Shown here in pieces: positions 57,977 through 64,000 of a stretch of DNA of 64,000 bases. The translations under genes were made by a program, and so were the position numbers. Numbering within the stretch: the stretch's first letter is position 1; every line of letters begins with the position of its first letter. Source of the stretch: Neophaeotheca triangularis (taxonomy: Eukaryota); contig BAAIJX010000006.1 of the NCBI GenBank assembly GCA_054600435.1, positions 248,001-312,000 of the forward strand, written 5' to 3'. The notes under the pieces were generated by a model. It did no database searches and had not been told where the DNA came from. It was given only the letters and a program-made list of their open reading frames with translations.

Positions 57977-60712
57977 TCATGAGACTGGTGGGTCATAGTG
58001 GCTTTGGGTAGCTGGAGACGTTTTCGGGTGTTCAATGCGGTAAGGGCTGTCGTGCCAGTCGTACTTTTGCTTGGTGATGCTGGAATAAGCACGGTATCTG
58101 TCATACGGTAGCGAAGCCGCCCAGTTGAGGATGTCAGCGCTTTCGTGGCGCTGACGGCTGACTCTGCTCTGGGGCCCGAAGAGTGCGAACAGGATGCGGG
58201 CTTCTGTTTCAAAGTCGCTGTCGTCTGTTTGAAGGAGATTTGGATCGATTGAGAAGAGCGCAGATCCCCAGACTTCGTTAGCGTGGCGTATGTAGTGTGC
58301 GACAGATAGTCCGTTCACACGCCTGACGACTTGATTAAACCTCTTCGTTGAGTAGGCCGGACCAAACAGCATTTTGATGCGGAGTTTAAGCGCATCGCGC
58401 ACAACTCTCTCTGGTGCATACACGTGGCTGTCTTGGACTATTCGCTTGACAAGAGCGAGTCCCCTTGCCCACTCTTGAAGAGCCGACGTGTCAGAACCTG
58501 ATGCCATTGGTTGGTCCTGCTGACCGGGACGAAGCAACTTCCTGCGGGCGGCTGAGTTGAAACCCCAAGTTATGATCGCTTTGACCATCTCGCTACTGAA
58601 GATCCTGCGCAGATACAATGCAGACAGAGACTTATTCGACATGTAGCGCATCGAGGGTGCATCCAACAAGGTGGCGCGCCGAAGACGACCTTCTCCGACA
58701 GTGTTTCCGAGTATGCTGCCAGGCCCTATGGTGTTTTCAAGGATTCGGCGTTCTAGAAGGGACCAAGATCTCGAATCGTAGTGAGATGAAAGAAATATTG
58801 CCAGCTTTTCGATCTCGCCAAACCGTACAGTCATGCCGTATCGCTTCAGGCACTCAACCCAGAGAGCAGGGTTTACATGTTGGCCTCGTTCCGCAGCAGA
58901 TATGCACGCCTGCGTGACCAAACTTAGCGAGCCATAGGTTGGACGGCCGGACTGTGTTGCTGGCCTTTTGCCAGGCGACCGATGCGTCAGGCAGTATCGA
59001 TGGAGCAACGTTAGCGATCTCAGCCTGAGTCTCATCCCGTGCGCCTGCATCTGCTGCAACGTGTACTTGACAGAGGGATAGTCTCGGGCTATTGCGTGAT
59101 GTTGAAGTAAAGCATTCCAAGCTTTATAGGATAGTCGAGGTCCTGCCGTAGCCGACAAGGCACACATGATCAGATGAACCTGCGACCAGTCTTCTTCTGC
59201 GAGGTACATTGCAAGCAGTTTCTCCATAGTGTGGCTGTCATCGAAAGCCTCTGGATGCACGTCGCTCGCCAGGAAAGTATCGAAAAGGCCCGGACTCTTA
59301 ATCTCGAGGACTTTCCGGGCCAATCGGGCGTACGTTGAGTCTCCAATCCTGATGTTTAGGTCGGCAAGTCGACGGACGCTTTCGTTCATCGCTTCGATGC
59401 TGCCACATCTCGCTGCCATCTCGCGCACGGTAAGCGGCCCAAGTGTTTCCACAGCGAAGAAGTGTAAACTCCGGATGACGAGATTAACGTTGAACATTTG
59501 CGTCGCGAAAAGACGAGCACAGAAATTGTCGCTGACCTCACGCTTCTCTATCCCATGAACATCGCCCACCAGCGTGTTCATTGAAGCTCGTGTTAGGGGC
59601 ATGTAAGGCGCTGCATAATCGGGAACGATTCCATTCGGAGGAAGAGAACTGAGACTCGTCTTTCGATCCCTTCCCGTACTGTCCTCACCAGCTAGGAGCG
59701 CTCGAACGGCAGGATCGTTTGCAAAGTCCGCGCTAGGGTAGTCGCCAGATTTAATGAAGAATTCATGCCAGCTATATACCGCCCTTGCCCTGCAGGTGAC
59801 AAGTACTCTTGACATTACCAGATCGTATAGGTCGCGTTCTTGACACATTGTGTACAAAGCTTTGAATTGCTTTCGGCTCCGTTTCGTATCTGGCAAGTAA
59901 GGCACCAAATGCTTTATGGGGTTTTGAGGAGCCAGATCTTCTTTCAAGAGCTGTTGGTGCCACGGATAAGGATCTCCGTCTCTTTTGAGGACTGGTCCTA
60001 CTATACCGGCGTAAAGTCCAGCATATTGATGTCCGGTACGCTGCTTGAGGTCGATGGCGTAATCAAGCAGTGCTTCCATGGGCAGTTGTTTATCGTGAAA
60101 AGCCCGCAAGAACGTCGGCCATAAGGATTCCGCGTCCTCCCCGTGCGTAGGTAGATCGATCTTCTTGCTACGCATAGCCTCCCACACCTCTCCTACAGCG
60201 GTGACACCTCCCAGACGTTCTTTTGTCTGCACCATTTCGACCCACTGGGCAATATCTTCCTGAGCAGCGGGTTGTTCGACTCTTTCGGCTTTGCTGAGCT
60301 GCTTGTGTGGCCTCAGCGACATCAAGTAGTCCTGTCGTGAACTCTGTCCGATAGACGCTCGCCTGAAGGCGGCAGTAGTTCGCGCAAGACTTTCGTGGCC
60401 ACTGCCGTTGTCCGGAATTACGCGAGGCGAGTATGGAGTTATCCCTCTCGGGGCACCAGCATCATCAGGCCGAACTTCAGAGCCTCTAGGAAAGGTGTCG
60501 AGTATTGGGGCCTTTGCTTTCAGACGATTCTTCGCCTGGAGTCCCTTGTCGGACCTTGTCGAGTAGAATATGCGGCCAGAAGACCCAAATTTAAGCGCAT
60601 TTCTGAAACAATACCCAGTAGTGTGAGCACCAGGACTGGCTAGGAGACATCGAAAGAATCGCAGCCTCGAGGGCTGCGCCCGCGCCAGCCGCCTAATGAA
60701 GGGGGCACCCAT
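57977..60712 (-). CDS. Mitochondrial pentatricopeptide-repeat-like protein
   Basis: Long intact ORF with an Arg-rich presequence-like start (MGAPFIRRLAR) and helical repeats (AWNALLQHH, SDNFCARLFAT, WVECLKRYGM). Confidence 0.7.
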   Translation of the reverse strand: MGAPFIRRLARAQPSRLRFFRCLLASPGAHTTGYCFRNALKFGSSGRIFYSTRSDKGLQAKNRLKAKAPILDTFPRGSEVRPDDAGAPRGITPYSPRVIPDNGSGHESLARTTAAFRRASIGQSSRQDYLMSLRPHKQLSKAERVEQPAAQEDIAQWVEMVQTKERLGGVTAVGEVWEAMRSKKIDLPTHGEDAESLWPTFLRAFHDKQLPMEALLDYAIDLKQRTGHQYAGLYAGIVGPVLKRDGDPYPWHQQLLKEDLAPQNPIKHLVPYLPDTKRSRKQFKALYTMCQERDLYDLVMSRVLVTCRARAVYSWHEFFIKSGDYPSADFANDPAVRALLAGEDSTGRDRKTSLSSLPPNGIVPDYAAPYMPLTRASMNTLVGDVHGIEKREVSDNFCARLFATQMFNVNLVIRSLHFFAVETLGPLTVREMAARCGSIEAMNESVRRLADLNIRIGDSTYARLARKVLEIKSPGLFDTFLASDVHPEAFDDSHTMEKLLAMYLAEEDWSQVHLIMCALSATAGPRLSYKAWNALLQHHAIARDYPSVKYTLQQMQAHGMRLRLRSLTLLHRYCLTHRSPGKRPATQSGRPTYGSLSLVTQACISAAERGQHVNPALWVECLKRYGMTVRFGEIEKLAIFLSSHYDSRSWSLLERRILENTIGPGSILGNTVGEGRLRRATLLDAPSMRYMSNKSLSALYLRRIFSSEMVKAIITWGFNSAARRKLLRPGQQDQPMASGSDTSALQEWARGLALVKRIVQDSHVYAPERVVRDALKLRIKMLFGPAYSTKRFNQVVRRVNGLSVAHYIRHANEVWGSALFSIDPNLLQTDDSDFETEARILFALFGPQSRVSRQRHESADILNWAASLPYDRYRAYSSITKQKYDWHDSPYRIEHPKTSPATQSHYDPPVS

Positions 60713-61043
60713 TGCACCTCGCCCTTCAAGCAACGGCGACACCCTCTGTCCGGCGCCATTGCATCTGTCAACGGTGGACGGATCGAGCGAAGGTGGGCGG
60801 TGACAGGAGTGCTCGATGTTGACGATAGCCCTAGAAAGTTGAAGCTCAGGCAGCTCGAGCTGCACAATCTCAGAAGTTCAATGCCAAGCTTCTTCCCCGG
60901 CCATTCCCGCTGTCCTGTCCGACCTCTGCTCATGCCACTCGCTTAGTAGACACCAACAGCCTAGACGGGAGGCACTCGTACATACTCCTTCCAGCAACAA
61001 CTACCAGACGTACCCTCTCCACTCCTTCAAAACAACGCCCAAT

Positions 61044-61670
61044 ATGCAGCCCACCACCAGAAGAGCCTTCCAGCAGGTCCAGCGCAGAGCGTATGTCCAC
61101 ATCGACCTCCTGGCGACCTTCCCATCTGCCGACTCCCGGAGCTATCACGACACCAGAGACTAACCTCCTGTTCAGCTTCGAGTTCCCTGGCCTCTACAGG
61201 AAGAACACCGTGCCCGCTTGGCAGAGAATCCACCAGACCCACGATGGTCTTAGGCAATGGCAGAAGGTGCGTTCGGAGAAACATGGCAGGGAGGAGGAGC
61301 TGGAAAGGAGAGTACGAAGCAGTGCGCAGGCATTGGAACAACTTAGAGCCAATTGAGATAGCGACATGGAGATTCGGGCCATTCGAAATGCGACAAGAAT
61401 TGCATGCGCGACATAGAAATGCTGACGGACAATGACACAGGGCCCCAACGCCAAGTACATGCTCTACCCATATTACGCGCTCATGATCAGCACCTCCAGC
61501 GGTACGTCTGATCTTATCGTCCGACGTGGATAAGTCCCCGAATTGCTGACGATGCACCCCCAGCTTGCATGTACATGATGTTCCGCATGGTGCTGGTAAG
61601 TCTTCCAGATGTCCGCGCAAAGATTACATACACTAATACAATACTGCAGGGACACAAGACCTGGTACTAA
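61044..61670 (+). CDS. COX7: Cytochrome c oxidase subunit VII (5 exons: 61044-61090, 61176-61266, 61441-61501, 61564-61595, 61650-61670; 83 aa)
   Basis: Spliced product ...LYRKNTVPAWQRIHQTHDGLRQWQKGPNAKYMLYPYYALMISTSSACMYMMFRMVLGHKTWY*. Four canonical introns; the gene is absent from the ORF track. Confidence 0.85.
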
Positions 61671-61848
61671 AGGAGGAGAATCTGAGGTTGGAAGAAGTAT
61701 CTGGGGTTAGGCGTTGAATTACAACCTTAGCAGTGTACCTTTACATATGCAAATCAAGCTGTCCACTGCTTCGAACATGCCGTACCTTTATACCTACAAA
61801 CTGCTACCCAAGCCGCGCCGTATCCAGGCACATCAAGTCCGTATACCT

Positions 61849-62433
61849 TCAATCCGTCCTAGAATCATCAACCTTTACCTCAAACAGCTCACCAGCCATC
61901 TTCTTGACGTTCTCATCATCCACAGCCCCCAGCGCCCTCTTTATCCCCTCCAGCGTCTCTTCCCGCACCCCACCCTTCCTCAGAGAATAAACATCCAACC
62001 CAGCAGGTGTGAAGAGAGTCTTAGCAAAAACAGTCAGAACCCACTTATTCCCACCCTCCTCCTCGCCCCACCCTAAAACCTCCCAGTGGCTCCCCGCAAT
62101 TACTAACCACCCCTTTCCCCTCCAATCCCACGAACCTCTTCCATCTCCTACAGCAGCTTTGTCTACACCCTGCACGCTCTGCACTTTCGTGCCCGTGAGA
62201 GATTGATACGTCACCAAATCGTCTAAGCGGTCGGTGTTGTCGGCTGGAATAGAGGGGTCCGAGGGCGGAAGCGGCGTGTACGTTATTCGCACGTTTCTCT
62301 TGGACTTCCACATTGGAAGGGTAGAGTGCGTTACATGCCAGGTTTCCGCTAGCCAGGGGACGGAGGGGTCGATGTAGGTTGCGGATTGGCTGGCGGGGGA
62401 GAAGGTTGGGGGGCGGATTGTGATTTGTGACAT
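61849..62433 (-). CDS. Conserved hypothetical protein, possibly lipocalin-like beta-barrel
   Basis: TWHVTHSTLPMWK..RNVRITY, WDWRGKGWL.IA.SHWEVLG and FAKTLFTPAGLDVYS. Confidence 0.75.
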   Translation of the reverse strand: MSQITIRPPTFSPASQSATYIDPSVPWLAETWHVTHSTLPMWKSKRNVRITYTPLPPSDPSIPADNTDRLDDLVTYQSLTGTKVQSVQGVDKAAVGDGRGSWDWRGKGWLVIAGSHWEVLGWGEEEGGNKWVLTVFAKTLFTPAGLDVYSLRKGGVREETLEGIKRALGAVDDENVKKMAGELFEVKVDDSRTD

Positions 62434-62924
62434 TTCTGGTTTGGCGATGCTGTGGCTTAACTGTGGCTGCAACTATCTATGCAGAGAACTAGGTTACTAC
62501 ATGTTGCACAACCTCAGAAATCCCTTTGTTGACGACCGCGATTGTCGTTGCTGTCGTGTTACGTGGCTGACTAAGCATTCTATCCGCTTAATAAAGCATA
62601 CCTAGGTACCTAGGTACTAGTAGGTCTCCAACTCCACTGCGTACCTTGTATCGCCACCTTAAGTGAACAACCTTGGAACAAGTCCTCCTTGATTTAACGA
62701 GCCTGAAGTCTCGAGCTTCCTGACTCAGGAGAGCCCACGATAAGAAGAATACTCGTCAACAGTTTCGTCAATCGGAACCAATAGCGACTATACGCAAGGA
62801 TCGGAACGGCAGCCGAGCTATCCAGGACCAAGGCGAGCCCCAGGCCTCGAGTGACACAACATTGTCACCATAGACCAGTACGCAATTTTCAAGGGATATT
62901 CAAAACACAAGCCCCAAGCTTTCG

Positions 62925-64000
62925 ATGCCCAAGAAACGCACGCCCAATTTCAAACCCTACTCAACAACCTCAGCCACTTCCAACACCAACACCCCCAACA
63001 ATGCTCCCACCGGCAGTGTCAACGAAAAACTCTCCGCCCTTCGCCTCGAGGAAACTCCCGAAGCGCTAGCGAAGAAACGCGCCCTGGCCGAAGCAGCGAA
63101 CCAGAAATCCGTCCATCCCTCTGTTCGAGGACTCCTGGGACAAGCGGAGACTGCGCCACCGAAACCGAAAGCAGGTGTCCGGGCGAGGGAGCGGTTGAGG
63201 ACGCCTGGGCCCGCGCCGCCGAAGTCGTGGACCAAAGGGTCTGCGTCCGGAGCGGGTGGGATGGCAGGGCTGGCGGTTCCCAGGCGGAAACGTCTGGCGG
63301 GGCAGAAGAAGCAGGCGGAGATTGATCGTCGACGTCCTCGGGAGCCTCAACGGTTGGCGAATATGATGGGCTTTCCTTGGGCGGAAGAGAAGAGTGGTGT
63401 GGTTCCGAAACTTTCGCATTTGACGTTGAAGGCGCTTGCCAGGAATTGGGATCTGCTGGATGAGGAGGATTACCCTGCTCTTGTTGATCTGCCGTTACAT
63501 TTACGGTTGAAGTTGATTTCGTTCCTTGGGGTTTATGGACCAACGATTGATGTCGGAGTACTCAAAGCACTGCTGCAAGACGTCAAGGTTCTTGGATCGT
63601 TGGACCTTGGTGGACTGGCCGGTCACGGTGAACTCACGATCAGACGACTGACACAGTTTATTAGAGGACGCAAGGAGTTCTTTACTGCGAGTTCCGACGG
63701 TCTAGCTATCGAACATTCTGCACCAGAGTCCTGGGAGTTAGAAGACGCCACCCATGGCCAACCTCATCTCGCTTCTGTTCTACCCAGTTGCCGAGTATCT
63801 GCTCTGGCATATCTCTCCCTATCACATCCGCCACCAACAGTGTCGTGGGGCGATTTACTTGCCCTGTCCAAACATACGACGCAACTGCGCTACCTTTCTC
63901 TCGCCTACTGGCCCAGGCCGACTTTGACACCCAATCTTGCAACAACGACGGTAACAAATTCCCGAGGTCCAGACGTCACCGCTGGAGGTTCTCACTTCTA
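62925..64000 (+). CDS. Conserved fungal protein with an LRR-like C-terminal part, truncated by the window end
   Basis: Open frame from ATG 62925 (MPKKR...) to the window edge. Motifs PGPAPPKSW, LDLGGL, HLSLSHP, SWGDLL and LSLAYWPRPTLTPN. Confidence 0.72.
   Translation, partial: MPKKRTPNFKPYSTTSATSNTNTPNNAPTGSVNEKLSALRLEETPEALAKKRALAEAANQKSVHPSVRGLLGQAETAPPKPKAGVRARERLRTPGPAPPKSWTKGSASGAGGMAGLAVPRRKRLAGQKKQAEIDRRRPREPQRLANMMGFPWAEEKSGVVPKLSHLTLKALARNWDLLDEEDYPALVDLPLHLRLKLISFLGVYGPTIDVGVLKALLQDVKVLGSLDLGGLAGHGELTIRRLTQFIRGRKEFFTASSDGLAIEHSAPESWELEDATHGQPHLASVLPSCRVSALAYLSLSHPPPTVSWGDLLALSKHTTQLRYLSLAYWPRPTLTPNLATTTVTNSRGPDVTAGGSHF

Noticed and set aside
1..64000. Transposons, CRISPR arrays, RIP-degraded repeats
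   Set aside because: No transposase or RT motifs, terminal repeats, spaced direct-repeat arrays or long AT-rich tracts were seen by eye. Small non-autonomous elements cannot be excluded without a genome-wide repeat search.

Overview
Gene-dense genomic DNA from a filamentous ascomycete. It has short GT-AG introns with CTRAC/CTAAC branch sites, and gene content suggests Dothideomycetes (inference). About 28 protein-coding loci can be reconstructed. Most are housekeeping: CDC11 septin, HSV2, a LAG1-type ceramide synthase, YSA1, VMA22, MAG2, DPS1, RO10, OCH1, an AVT-type transporter, ANT1 and COX7. There is also a dispersed, sequence-divergent 5S rRNA gene, a HET-domain pseudogene and an AAA+ ATPase remnant. 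No CRISPR array, tRNA or intact transposon was seen. Three things stand out. (1) A ~1156-aa secreted protein (15157-18791, minus) built from three intact copies and one eroded copy of an uncharacterised ~300-aa domain. The copies are separated by KR (Kex2-type) sites and each intact copy has an intron at the same position, so it looks like a polyprotein effector precursor. (2) A 1338-aa HeLo + pseudokinase + trypsin-like serine protease fusion, an MLKL-like architecture with its own protease. (3) Recurrent abrupt switches from C/A-rich to G/T-rich sequence, always in the same direction regardless of gene strand. All assignments come from manual motif recognition; no database search was run.
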